DNA of 64,000 nucleotides from Saprospiraceae bacterium (GCA_022844565.1 JALHLK010000007.1:12050-76049); one strand, 5' to 3'. Shown: positions 11,010-21,022, numbered from the stretch's first letter. Translations and numbers: made by a program. Notes: generated by a model from the letters alone, not told the origin.

Positions 11010-11070
11010 CTTAAAGAGAATTAACATGTATTTGTTGGTTCTCTTTTTTTTGCAGTACAGTAGACCTTCT

Positions 11071-11370
11071 ACGCTTAAATCAGTAAGAAAGCACATCCGA
11101 ACTATAGAAAAATATCATAACAATCTGCGAAAATCAGCGGGAAAGTACACCCGAACCATTAACAAGTAGGTATTGCATACTGCGAAAATCAGCGGGAAAC
11201 ACCCCCGAACTATTCAAAATACTCATAGAAATCTGCGAAATTCAGCGGAAAAGCACAAACGAACTTTATGAAATTGTCATTGCACTCAGCGAAAATTAGC
11301 GGGAAGGTACAACTGGACTATGCAAAACATCCATGCAAATCAGCGGCAAAGCATACTCAAACTATACAAA
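11071..11370 (+). repeat. Degenerate ~54-bp tandem repeat, about 6 units
   Basis: Core CTGCGAAAATCAGCGGGAAA...CGAAC at 11125, 11180, 11233 and 11287, plus degenerate units at both ends. Confidence 0.85.
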
Positions 11371-11599
11371 ACATGCTTCTTCGAACATTTTTTATTTACC
11401 CACAGAGTATTTGATATTGGTTGCCATTAAAAATACAATTATTATCGTACTTTTGTTTTTCTCCGTATTAGGTACTGTAAATAGGGAACAATAAAATACA
11501 AGTCAAAATGTATACATCATTTCTTTACAGTTATTTAAGAGGAGCAAGGCATAATTAAACTCATTTTATATTATTTGGTTACAACCTAAATCTTAATCT

Positions 11600-12991
11600 A
11601 TGGCAAATCAAATCACATTTGACAGGCAAACATACATCAATCGCAGACTAAAATTTATCGAAGAAGTAAAAACAGGGATGTATTTTTTTATGGGGAATGA
11701 TGACATAGGGGCAAACTACAAAGACAATGTCTATCCATTTAGACAGGATAGTACATTTTTATATTATTTCGGAATTAATCAGCCAAACCTTTATGGATTA
11801 ATCGATGCAGATACAGGAAAAACTTATATTTTTGGTGACGATATTGGTATAGATCATATCATTTGGATGGGGAAATTACCACTATTAAGCGAATTAGCAG
11901 ATAACGTAGGCATCGATATGGTTCTCCCATTAAGTAAGACGAGGGATTATGTGAGTAGAAATGCACATTACTTGCCACCTTACAGAGGAGATCACTATTT
12001 ATTTTTTAATACGAATCTTGGTATGAACGTTGACGAAACAGATCAACATGTTTCTACCAAAATGATCAAAGCGGTGGTCAAGCAAAGAAGTATAAAGGAG
12101 ACCCAAGAAATAGAAGAGTTGCACAAAGCCGTTAATGCAACAGCAGAAATGCACGGTCATATTTTGAAGAGTGCTAGGCCTGGGTTGAAAGAATATGAAC
12201 TGGTAGGAATGGCTGCGCAAAAGGCTTGGGAACTCGGGTGCACTTGGTCTTTTAATCCAATAATGACTAAAAATGGGCAAACATTGCATAATCATGACTA
12301 CCATAATATGTTGAAAGATGGTCAAATGCTCTTGTTTGATGGAGGGTGTCAAATGCCTAGTCTTTATGCAGGTGATATGACGAGAACGATGCCCGTTGGT
12401 AAGCGATTTGATACTAGGCAAGAAGAAGTGTACCAAATAGTTTTAGCAGCTTTAGATCACAGTGTCTCACTTTTGAAACCTGGTGTCAGATACCTCGATG
12501 TTCACCTTGCAGCGGGACGAGTGCTCTTTGAAGGATTAAAATCTTTAGGAATCACAAAAGGAAATACTGAGGAAGCAGTTAATGCAGGAGCTCACTCCGT
12601 ATTCTTTCAATGTGGTTTGGGGCATATGATGGGATTAGACGTACATGACATGGAAAATCTAGGAGAACCAATCGTTGGTTACCATGAAAATCTTATAAAA
12701 AGTACAGCTTTCGGCCTGAGATCTTTACGCCTTGGTAAGGAATTGGAAGAAGGATTCGTTATTACGGTCGAACCGGGGTTGTATTTCATTCCTGAATTAA
12801 TTGATCTTAGAAGGTCTGAGGGCCAATATAAAGAATTTATTAATTATGATGAACTTGAAAAGTATAAAAACTTTGGTGGAATCCGTATTGAGGATGACTA
12901 TGTAATTTCAAAGGATGGTTATACACTATTAGGGCAACCTTTGGCTAAATCTATAGAAGATATCTATGGCCTGAGAGACCAAGCATTTTAG
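11600..12991 (+). CDS. Xaa-Pro aminopeptidase (aminopeptidase P family)
   Basis: FRQDSTFLY, DMTRT, GHMMGLDVHD, TVEPGLYF and GGIRIEDD motifs. Confidence 0.92.
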   Translation: MANQITFDRQTYINRRLKFIEEVKTGMYFFMGNDDIGANYKDNVYPFRQDSTFLYYFGINQPNLYGLIDADTGKTYIFGDDIGIDHIIWMGKLPLLSELADNVGIDMVLPLSKTRDYVSRNAHYLPPYRGDHYLFFNTNLGMNVDETDQHVSTKMIKAVVKQRSIKETQEIEELHKAVNATAEMHGHILKSARPGLKEYELVGMAAQKAWELGCTWSFNPIMTKNGQTLHNHDYHNMLKDGQMLLFDGGCQMPSLYAGDMTRTMPVGKRFDTRQEEVYQIVLAALDHSVSLLKPGVRYLDVHLAAGRVLFEGLKSLGITKGNTEEAVNAGAHSVFFQCGLGHMMGLDVHDMENLGEPIVGYHENLIKSTAFGLRSLRLGKELEEGFVITVEPGLYFIPELIDLRRSEGQYKEFINYDELEKYKNFGGIRIEDDYVISKDGYTLLGQPLAKSIEDIYGLRDQAF

Positions 12992-12999
12992 ATTTTAGA

Positions 13000-13350
13000 A
13001 TGAAAACAAAAATTGGAGTAAAAGGGGCAGAGTTTTTTGCTTATCATGGATTCTATGATGAAGAACAGAAGACAGGGCATACTTTTATAGTGGATTTTGA
13101 AGTTTTTTTTGAATACAAAAGTGAAGAAAAAGATCAATTAGAAAATACAGTAAATTATGAGATACTCTATCAAATTTGTAAAGTAGAAATGTATGATGTG
13201 TCACGCTTGATTGAGACTGTAGCATATCGTATCATGAAAAAAGTACAGATTGATTTCCCATATTTGCTTGGTGGAAAGGTGATGATTCAGAAAAAAGGGC
13301 CGCAACTTGGGGGTAAAGTAGATAGAACAGTAATAGAAATGGAATTTTAA
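13000..13350 (+). CDS. folB: Dihydroneopterin aldolase
   Basis: FFAYHGFYDEEQ, TVNYE and LIETVA motifs. Confidence 0.9.
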   Translation: MKTKIGVKGAEFFAYHGFYDEEQKTGHTFIVDFEVFFEYKSEEKDQLENTVNYEILYQICKVEMYDVSRLIETVAYRIMKKVQIDFPYLLGGKVMIQKKGPQLGGKVDRTVIEMEF

Positions 13351-13420
13351 GTATAAATTAAGAACTCCTAAAACATCTTTTTTTGTTACTTTTGCATCTT
13401 TGGAAGTATAAAAGAAAAAC

Positions 13421-14497
13421 ATGAGATTTTTTGTATTCGTATTTTTGATCATTGGTTTGACATCCTGTAGTGAGCAGATGAAAACCAATCTTACTCCAAA
13501 ACCTAAGGCATTTGGTAAAATGAACCAAGTTAACATCATTGCCGATGCCACAATTTATGATAGTCCTGTAAAAGATAGTTTAGAAAATTATTTTGAATCT
13601 GCTTATCCTGTAATGCCCTCTCCTGAGCCTATGTTCGACCTGAGGTACTTTACAATGGAAGATATTCAAGCGGACAAATTAAAGAAGGAACTCCGTTCTT
13701 ATATTATTTTAGTAAATATTGATGATTTAAATAGTCCAATCACTAAGATGCTTCAACAAGATCTTGGTTCGGAAAACTTTAGACAAGTACAAGGAGACAG
13801 TAAAAAGAATAACATAGCTTATGGCTTAGATAAATGGGCACAAGGGCAAATAGTCATTTATCTTATGGGTAGAGGCATGGAGGGTATCACAAGCGCGATA
13901 AGATCGCAGTATCCCAATGTAGCAAAAAGATTTAATGATCATGATGAAGAACAACTTCATGCCAATTTGTATGGTAGTGCAGGTGTAAACAGTGAAGGTA
14001 ATATAGCAATTAAAGATAGTTTTGGAATAGATCTTTCACTTCCTTCTTCATTCAAAAGATCTAAGACAATTGATAATGCTAACTTTATTTGGTTTGTACG
14101 CGATTTAAGAGAGGCCACCCAGCATATCGTAGTTAGAAAATTTCCATATACATCCGATTCTCAGTTTACCAAACAATCAGTGATTGATATGAGAAATGAA
14201 TATGGTGCAAAATATATATCATCACAATCTAAAGGTTCTTATATGGTAACACAAGATAAGTTGTTGCCTGTATTCGAATACAATGCGACAATTGGTAAGG
14301 CATACGCAAAAGAGTTTAGAGGAGTATGGGAGTTAGAAAATGACTTTAAGGGAGGTCCTTTTGTTACTTTCCTTATAAAAAATGAAGCAAAGAAAGAAAT
14401 AATATTTGTAGATTGCTTTGTATATGGACCTGGTTCAGAAAAGCGTGACGCAGTGCAGCAGTTGGCTTATATCGTAAAGAAGGCGAAGTTGATTTAA
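13421..14497 (+). CDS. DUF4837-like lipoprotein
   Basis: Lipobox LTSC; PSPEPMFDL and RGVWE...GGPF...FVYGP motifs. Confidence 0.7.
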   Translation: MRFFVFVFLIIGLTSCSEQMKTNLTPKPKAFGKMNQVNIIADATIYDSPVKDSLENYFESAYPVMPSPEPMFDLRYFTMEDIQADKLKKELRSYIILVNIDDLNSPITKMLQQDLGSENFRQVQGDSKKNNIAYGLDKWAQGQIVIYLMGRGMEGITSAIRSQYPNVAKRFNDHDEEQLHANLYGSAGVNSEGNIAIKDSFGIDLSLPSSFKRSKTIDNANFIWFVRDLREATQHIVVRKFPYTSDSQFTKQSVIDMRNEYGAKYISSQSKGSYMVTQDKLLPVFEYNATIGKAYAKEFRGVWELENDFKGGPFVTFLIKNEAKKEIIFVDCFVYGPGSEKRDAVQQLAYIVKKAKLI

Positions 14498-14509
14498 TTT
14501 TTTAATTAT

Positions 14510-14725
14510 CTAATGTTCAAATTTTCTAATTTTCAAATGATCTAATGGTTAAATGATCTAATGATCAAATGGTATAATAATCTATTTTGAAATGATATAA
14601 AGTTCAAATACTTAAATGATTTTATTAACATTTTTGGCTTTTAGACTTTTCGAAGGAGACTTAATTTTTAATGAACTATTTTTTAAAAATTTGAAAATTT
14701 CCAATATTTAAAAATTTGAACATTG
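14510..14725. repeat. 8-bp-period degenerate microrepeat (AATGATCT/AATGTTCA)
   Basis: TCTAATGTTCAAATTTTCTAATTTTCAAATGATCTAATGG... with inverted copies (TTTGAACATT) at the far end; related tract near 34295-34365. Confidence 0.6.
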
Positions 14726-14729
14726 GGTT

Positions 14730-16592
14730 TTAGCTTTGCTCTTGTTCTACTAAATCCATCCATTTCATTTCGCGTTCTTCGATTTCGGTATTAATTTCAT
14801 CTAATGTTTTGGAAAGTTTTATGATATCGTTGGTAGACAGTGTTGCGTCTTCAAATTGGAGGGATATGGTCTTTTTTCGTTCTTCTAATTTTTCTATTTG
14901 TTTTTCTATGGACTTGATTTCTTTGCGTAATTCAAAGGTTAATTTTGAGTCTGTGGTAGGTGAGTTGCTTGTGTTAGAATTGTCTTTTTGGCTATTTGCT
15001 TCTTGTTCTTCAGCCAATTTTGCTGTGCGATATTCTGTGTAGGTGCCATTGAAGTCGATGATTTGTCCGCCAGTTTCTACTACGAATATGTGATCCACTA
15101 ATTTATCCATAAAATACCGATCATGAGATACAATAACTAGACACCCAGGGTAATCTTCTAAGTAATCTTCAAGAACATTGAGTGTGATGATATCTAAGTC
15201 ATTCGTAGGTTCATCTAGGATTAAAAAATTTGGGTTTTTAATGAGTACGGTCAATAAATATAATCTTCGCTTTTCTCCACCACTCAATTGAGATACAAAA
15301 ACGCGCTGCTGCGATCTAGGGAATAAAAATTTTTCTAAAAGAGATTCAGCGGTAAGTTTAAGACCTTTCGCTAATGGGATATAGTCAGCAATATCTCTTA
15401 TCACATCAATGACCGTCATGTCGGCCTTCATTTGGAGACCTTCCTGGTCATAATACCCGAATTGGATGGTCTCACCATGGATGATTTTACCTGTAGTAGG
15501 TGGAAACTGCATGGTCAATAATTTGACAAATGAAGATTTTCCAGCACCATTTACTCCCACGATTCCTACTCTTTCACCTTTCTTAAATTTATAGGAAAAA
15601 TTGGACATAACTGTTTTTTCACCAAAAGCTTTTGATACGCTGTGAAACTCGACAATTTTGGAACCGAGGCGAACAGGCTCAATCATGATCTGAACTTGTT
15701 CGTCATTGCGTTTATTTCGCATCTCATTTTTGATGTCGTAAAACTTGTCTATTCTTGATTTTGACTTCGTAGTTCGGGCTTGGGGCATTCTCCGCATCCA
15801 TTCCAATTCACGTTTGAATAGTTGCGTATTTTTTTCATAATTGGCTGCCTCATTTTGCAATCGCGCTTCCTTCTTTTCCAAATATTGGGAGTAATTACCA
15901 CGATATACGTGCATCTTACCTTGATCCAACTCTATGATTTCATTACACACATGCTCCAAAAAGTATCGATCATGGGTCACCATTAATAGGGTAATATTAG
16001 GATTTTGCAAATACTCTTCCAGCCATTCTATCATATCGATATCCAAGTGGTTAGTCGGCTCATCAAGTATTATAAATTCTGGATCTTCGATAATCAATTT
16101 TGCTAAAGCTACTCTTTTACGTTGTCCACCGGAGAGCGAATTGATTTTTTGATCTAGATAATCAATTCTTAATTTGGCTAAGACAGTTTTGACTCTTGCT
16201 TCAATATCCCAAGCTTTGGTGTCGTCCATTAAGAGCGAAGCTTCGTTGATTTCATTTTCATTTCCAAATAAAAGAGCAGATTCATACTTTTGTAACGCTT
16301 TAATTTCAGGCAAGTCAGCATCAAAAACAGCATCAATAGTCCGAGCTTCAGGATCCAAATCAGGTTCTTGGGCTAAATAGGAAATTCTAATGTCTTTTGA
16401 AATATTGATTTTTGCGTTTTCACCTTCTATACCTTCTTCACCACAAATCATCCTCATAATAGTAGTCTTACCACTCCCATTTTTAGCGATGATGGCAATT
16501 CTATCACCTTTGGATATCGATAAATTTAAGTTGTCAACTAATAGTTTTTCACCATAGCTCTTCGAAGCGTTTTCTATAGAAAGGTACTGCAT
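14730..16592 (-). CDS. ABC-F family ATPase (Uup-like)
   Basis: Two ABC cassettes (NGSGKT/LSGGQ/DEPTNHLD and NGAGKS/LSGGE/DEPTNDLD), no TM segments, C-terminal coiled coil. Confidence 0.92.
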   Translation of the reverse strand: MQYLSIENASKSYGEKLLVDNLNLSISKGDRIAIIAKNGSGKTTIMRMICGEEGIEGENAKINISKDIRISYLAQEPDLDPEARTIDAVFDADLPEIKALQKYESALLFGNENEINEASLLMDDTKAWDIEARVKTVLAKLRIDYLDQKINSLSGGQRKRVALAKLIIEDPEFIILDEPTNHLDIDMIEWLEEYLQNPNITLLMVTHDRYFLEHVCNEIIELDQGKMHVYRGNYSQYLEKKEARLQNEAANYEKNTQLFKRELEWMRRMPQARTTKSKSRIDKFYDIKNEMRNKRNDEQVQIMIEPVRLGSKIVEFHSVSKAFGEKTVMSNFSYKFKKGERVGIVGVNGAGKSSFVKLLTMQFPPTTGKIIHGETIQFGYYDQEGLQMKADMTVIDVIRDIADYIPLAKGLKLTAESLLEKFLFPRSQQRVFVSQLSGGEKRRLYLLTVLIKNPNFLILDEPTNDLDIITLNVLEDYLEDYPGCLVIVSHDRYFMDKLVDHIFVVETGGQIIDFNGTYTEYRTAKLAEEQEANSQKDNSNTSNSPTTDSKLTFELRKEIKSIEKQIEKLEERKKTISLQFEDATLSTNDIIKLSKTLDEINTEIEEREMKWMDLVEQEQS

Positions 16593-16712
16593 TATCTGAA
16601 TTGAAACAATTTACAAAAGTGCAAAGATAACCAAATGCACGTGTGTGGGAATTATTATCAACACTTTCAGTAATATTTTAAGAATTATCTTTAATAACTA
16701 TTTATGGCATGT

Positions 16713-17007
16713 TGAAAAAGTCATCCAGCCTGTAGAAAGTAAACGTTTAACAATGTATGTTCTTTTGTCTTGATACAAAAGAACCAAAAAATCAAGGCTG
16801 TTAGAAATTTTGCTAAAATCTTTCCTTCAATCCTAAATTCTAAAAACTCGCTTTAACCAATGTACTTCTTTATTCAGTTCAGGTTATGTTTACCTTTACT
16901 CAACTCTATTAAGCAGAATTTGCTCAAACAGTTTAGAATTTTTAACGGATCGAATACAAGATTTCTTAACGCTAAATTTCTAAAGGCCAACCAATAAAAA
17001 AACCAGT
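16713..17007. repeat. Long hairpin repeat element, copy 1
   Basis: TGAAAAAGTCATC.AGCC, then TTCTTTTGTCTTGATACAAAAGAACC hairpin and long imperfect inverted arms GGCTGTTAGAAATTT.GC...GCTAAATTTCTAAAGGCC. Confidence 0.85.
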
Positions 17008-17175
17008 ATACTCATGTGCAAGTTTATAGGAACAAAGTGTCTCTACTTTTAATATATTTACATGTTAATTATTATATAAACTAAGATCTTTTGTGATGTT
17101 AGGTTTGTATATTACTAACAGACCTATTTTAAGACAAGGAACTGAGTGTGAAATTTTATAACGAAATTTAATTAA

Positions 17176-17745
17176 ATGCAAAAAAATATTTTAAATTTTC
17201 TCATTGTAGTGATTATAAGTTTCATTCCATCGTTGTCGTTTGGGCAATTTAATATTTATAAAACAGTGGAAGAATTTGAAAATAAAAAGCCTTTTAGAGT
17301 CAGTAAAGAAATACAATTTATGATGTTTTCGAAAAAGGTAAAGTTGTACGACTATAGGGGAAAAAGCGAAAAAATACATAGAGACAGTTTGTGGGGATAT
17401 TCACATGAGAAAAAAGGTAATATTAAATATTTTAGAATCTCACAAGGAAGATCTTTTGAAATAGAAGTTATACACGATAAAATAATCATGTATAAGTTTG
17501 TAAACAAAACTGTCACATCTGTAAATAGTTGGGTACTACCAGATAAAGCAATTTCCTATTTTTTTAGCAAAACACTGTATAGTGATCTAAAGAAAATTAC
17601 AGCTGATAATCTCAGGAATGCTTATAAATTTAATAATAGGCAAAATAAAAAATTGATTGAGCTATCTAAAGAAAGAAAGTTGAATAAAAAAAATATAGAG
17701 ACTAATGTTTTTTTCATAATCGAAGAGTTATTTGGGGCTTTCTGA
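17176..17745 (+). CDS. Hypothetical secreted basic protein
   Basis: Signal peptide (SFG-Q), very AT-rich, no family recognised. Confidence 0.7.
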   Translation: MQKNILNFLIVVIISFIPSLSFGQFNIYKTVEEFENKKPFRVSKEIQFMMFSKKVKLYDYRGKSEKIHRDSLWGYSHEKKGNIKYFRISQGRSFEIEVIHDKIIMYKFVNKTVTSVNSWVLPDKAISYFFSKTLYSDLKKITADNLRNAYKFNNRQNKKLIELSKERKLNKKNIETNVFFIIEELFGAF

Positions 17746-18034
17746 AAAAGTCATCAAGCCCACTCTAGAATATACTTATTGTTCTTTTGTCTTGATACAA
17801 AAGAACCAAAAAATCAAGGCTGTTAGAAATTTAGCTAAAATCTTTCCTTCAATCCTAAATTCTAAAAACTCGCTTTAACCAATATACTTCTATATTCATT
17901 TGAGGTTGTATTTGCTTCAACACAACTTTATTAAGCAGAAAGTGCTCAAACAGTTTAGAATTTTTAACGGATTGACTACAAGATTTCTTAACGCTAAATT
18001 CCTAAAGGCCCACCAAGAAAAAGAAAATCCAGTA
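17743..18034. repeat. Long hairpin repeat element, copy 2
   Basis: Direct repeat of 16713-17007 with conserved arms and a diverged loop. Confidence 0.85.
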
Positions 18035-18175
18035 ACCATTTGCAAGGGAAACTAACAAGCGATACTTAATACCTTGCATATAAATTTTTAAATTAAATAT
18101 AGTTTATTGATTATATTTTTTTCAGCAGTCCCTATTTAGTGATAATATGCAATAAGTTTAAATATTTTTGAAACA

Positions 18176-18278
18176 TGCCATAATGGCAATCTATTTATTA
18201 AATAAGTGTCAATATGGCATTTTTAAAATATTTAAACTGACATAATTACCTGATAGTCAGTAATGGTACATAATTTGA
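18176..18278 (+). promoter_or_regulatory. Putative heat-shock regulatory region: TGNCA-N3-TGGCA boxes and sigma54-like -24/-12 element
   Basis: TGCCATAATGGCA (18176), TGTCAATATGGCA (18207) and TGGTAC-ATAAT-TTGA (18264-18278) upstream of the hsp20 genes. Confidence 0.55.
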
Positions 18279-18318
18279 ATGTAAATAATCATTATTAACA
18301 AATTCAAATAATTTAAGT

Positions 18319-18729
18319 ATGTATCATAATCATTCAAATGTAGGACCCACCATGTTTAGAGTTTTTAAGCCAGTAATTGATGAGCTATTAAACGAAATCG
18401 AGAATCCAAAGACAACGACTTCCAAAAATGTTTTGGCAAATATTGTTGAGTCAGAAACTGCTTATGAAATTCAGCTATCTGTAAGTGGTCACACCAAAGA
18501 GACTGTTAAAATCAAAATTGAGGATAATGTTTTGAAAGTGGAAGGAACTGCTCAGCCAACTGATGTGAATTTTAAGCTCAAGGAATTTGGTGTTAGATCT
18601 TTTACCAGAAGTTTTAACTTACCTAAAAATATCGACAAGAACCAAATACAAGCTCGATTTGAAAATGGTATTTTGTTAGTGACCATCGCAAAGAGTGCGC
18701 TTGTATCAACCAAAGTAGAAATTATTTAA
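18319..18729 (+). CDS. Hsp20/alpha-crystallin small heat-shock protein
   Basis: ANIVESE...SFTRSFNLP...ARFENGIL. Confidence 0.92.
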   Translation: MYHNHSNVGPTMFRVFKPVIDELLNEIENPKTTTSKNVLANIVESETAYEIQLSVSGHTKETVKIKIEDNVLKVEGTAQPTDVNFKLKEFGVRSFTRSFNLPKNIDKNQIQARFENGILLVTIAKSALVSTKVEII

Positions 18730-18750
18730 TTAACTTTTAATTTTTTAAAA

Positions 18751-19194
18751 ATGAAAACAAACAACATTCAACCGTTTTTTCCATCAAGGAGTATCAATCA
18801 GGTTTTTGACCATTTATTTAATAGGCCATTAACTGATGTAGTTGGATCTGACTTTAGTCATAGTAGTCCAGCTGTTAATATAAAAGAGAATGAAAATGCT
18901 TTCGTTCTCGAACTGGCTGTACCAGGCCTAGACAAGAATAATTTTGATGTAAAAGTAGAAGACAATTTTTTGAAAATCTCCTACGAACACTCAAGTAATG
19001 AAGAAGAGATTAAAGAAAATGTGTATACAAGAAGAGAGTTTAAGTATACTTCATTTAGTAGATCTTTTCAGTTGCCAGAAACAGTGGAAGCGGATCAAAT
19101 AAAAGGAAATTATCAAGATGGTATTTTATCGGTAATTTTGCCTAAAAATAAGCAAATTATCGAAAATAAGGTAAAAACTATTGAGATAGCATAA
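18751..19194 (+). CDS. Hsp20/alpha-crystallin small heat-shock protein
   Basis: PAVNIKE...LAVPGL...SFSRSFQLP...YQDGIL. Confidence 0.94.
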   Translation: MKTNNIQPFFPSRSINQVFDHLFNRPLTDVVGSDFSHSSPAVNIKENENAFVLELAVPGLDKNNFDVKVEDNFLKISYEHSSNEEEIKENVYTRREFKYTSFSRSFQLPETVEADQIKGNYQDGILSVILPKNKQIIENKVKTIEIA

Positions 19195-19210
19195 TTAGAA
19201 TTTTTGTTTT

Positions 19211-19262
19211 AAGCCCTCGATATATGGTGGTAATATACTCCCTTTATCGAGGGCTTTTTTTT
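19211..19262 (+). terminator. Rho-independent terminator
   Basis: AAGCCCTCGATA...TATCGAGGGCTTTTTTTT. Confidence 0.75.
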
Positions 19263-19336
19263 ATATATTAGATTTATCTTTTTGAAAATGTACCTTATTT
19301 ATTAAGATTTTGTTCAATTTTATCATTTAGGCAAAA

Positions 19337-19975
19337 TGGTTAAGGAGGTGTAGTTTTAAAGTTAAGGAGGTTAAGATTTTAAGTTAAATAAGGTTAAGTT
19401 TACTTGTGCTTCTTGTCATCCTTGACCATCTTAACTTCTCTTAATCTTTTTAACATTAGGACTAAGTGGTTAAGGAGGTCAAATTTTTAAGTTAAGTAAG
19501 GTTAAGTTTTCTTAAACATCTGATCATTCTTAACTATCTTAACTTCTCTTAACCTTTTTAAAATTAGGACCAGGTGGTTAAGGAGGTTAAGTTTTTAAGT
19601 TAAGGAAGGTTAAGTTTTCTTGCACTTCTGGTCATTCTTAACTATCTTAACATCTCTTAACCTTTTTAACACTGGGAAGGTTGAGGAGGTTGAGTTTTGA
19701 TGTACTTCTGGTAATTCTTAACCATTTTAACTCCTTAAAACTTTTTTAACATTGGGAATAGGTGGTTGAGGAGGTTAAGTTTTTAAGTTAAGTAAGGTTA
19801 AGTTTTCTTGCACTTCAGGTCATTCTTAACCATCTTAACTTCTCTTAACCTTTTTAACATTGGGAAGGTTAAGGAGATTAAGTTTTCTTGTGCTTCAGGT
19901 CATTCTTAACCATCTTAACTTCTCTTAACCTTTTTAACATTAGGACTTAGCGGTTGAGGAGGTTAAGTTTTTAAC
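19337..19975. repeat. Tandem array of ~85-130-bp quasi-palindromic units built from 9-bp GTTAAG/CTTAAC subrepeats
   Basis: About 7 unit starts (near 19337, 19466, 19575, 19678, 19763, 19866, 19952). Each is GGTTAAGGAGGTTAAG... followed by ...CTTAACCATCTTAACTTCTCTTAACC; the last unit has only the first half. Confidence 0.9.
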
Positions 19976-20098
19976 TATTTACCTTGCAAGAGTACTATTA
20001 AAAAAAATAACATCATCTTAAGACTGGTAAAATTCTTTTTTTATCAGATCCCATTTAACTTTGCTCAATTATAAATCAAAATATTAAAATAAGTTATC

Positions 20099-20947
20099 AT
20101 GACAAAGAACATTTTTACGGTATTAATAGTATTACTCGTTTTTACAATGGGAAATACACAGATTAACACTCCACAAGCAAGTCCATTATCTACCATTACT
20201 CAAAAGGTAGGATTGGCAGATGTAAAAATTGAGTATAGCAGGCCTTCTTTGAAAGGAAGAAAAATGATAGGTAGCACATTAGTACCTTATGGATCCGTAT
20301 GGCGAACGGGAGCAAATGCGATCCCAAAATTAGTGCTTTCACATGATGTGATGATAGGTGGAAAAGATGTACCTGCGGGTACTTATGGATTGATCACTAT
20401 ACCAAATTTAAAAACTTGGACCATTATTATTACAAAAAATGCTGAACAGTGGGGTACATATGGATATAAAGTAGAAGAAGACTTAGTGAGATTTGATGCA
20501 AAAGTAGAGGCTTTAACTAAAAAAGCAGAGAACTTCACGATAGGTCTAACTGACCTAAAGGATGAAAGTGCTAATATCTATATAAAATGGGACATGGTAA
20601 GTGTGAAATTTCCTATAAAACACGACGCTCACAGCATAGTAATGAAAGAAATTGATCAAAAAATGCAAGGAAGTGATATAACTACGGACTCTTATTTTAG
20701 CGCTGCAGATTATTATTTTGATAAAGGTATTGAGTTAGAAAAAGCATTGCAATGGGCTAATAAAGTAGTAGAAGCTGACCAGAAATATTGGACATATTAC
20801 TTAAGAGGTAAAATTGCGGCTAAGCTTGGTAAATGCGATATAGCACTAGAAGATGCTAAAAAAGGAATCGAAATGGCTAAGGCTGAAAAAGATCCTGCAT
20901 ATGTGAAAAACCATCAAAAGGTGATCAATTCTTGTACTAAGAAGTAG
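20099..20947 (+). CDS. DUF2911 domain protein
   Basis: PQASP...EYSRPS.KGR...VPYG.VWRTGAN signature with TPR-like C-terminus. Confidence 0.88.
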   Translation: MTKNIFTVLIVLLVFTMGNTQINTPQASPLSTITQKVGLADVKIEYSRPSLKGRKMIGSTLVPYGSVWRTGANAIPKLVLSHDVMIGGKDVPAGTYGLITIPNLKTWTIIITKNAEQWGTYGYKVEEDLVRFDAKVEALTKKAENFTIGLTDLKDESANIYIKWDMVSVKFPIKHDAHSIVMKEIDQKMQGSDITTDSYFSAADYYFDKGIELEKALQWANKVVEADQKYWTYYLRGKIAAKLGKCDIALEDAKKGIEMAKAEKDPAYVKNHQKVINSCTKK

Positions 20948-21022
20948 GAAAGAAGGTAAAAGGCTAAGCCAATTTAAATGATATGGTTACAATAAAAACG
21001 TAGCATATTTTATATTAAATAA

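Noticed and set aside
10791..11169. ORFs 10791-11096 (-) and 10969-11169 (+)
   Set aside because: They overlap clear tRNA genes and a repeat; spurious translations.
11071..11370. CRISPR array
   Set aside because: Repeats are degenerate, the ~22-bp spacers resemble each other in alternation, and there are no cas genes in the window.
10824..11600. tRNA-anchored prophage or genomic island
   Set aside because: No integrase, no phage genes and no duplicated tRNA 3' end seen in the window.
19337..19975. CRISPR array or coding repeat
   Set aside because: No unique spacers, unit length varies, and frequent TAA stops occur on both strands.
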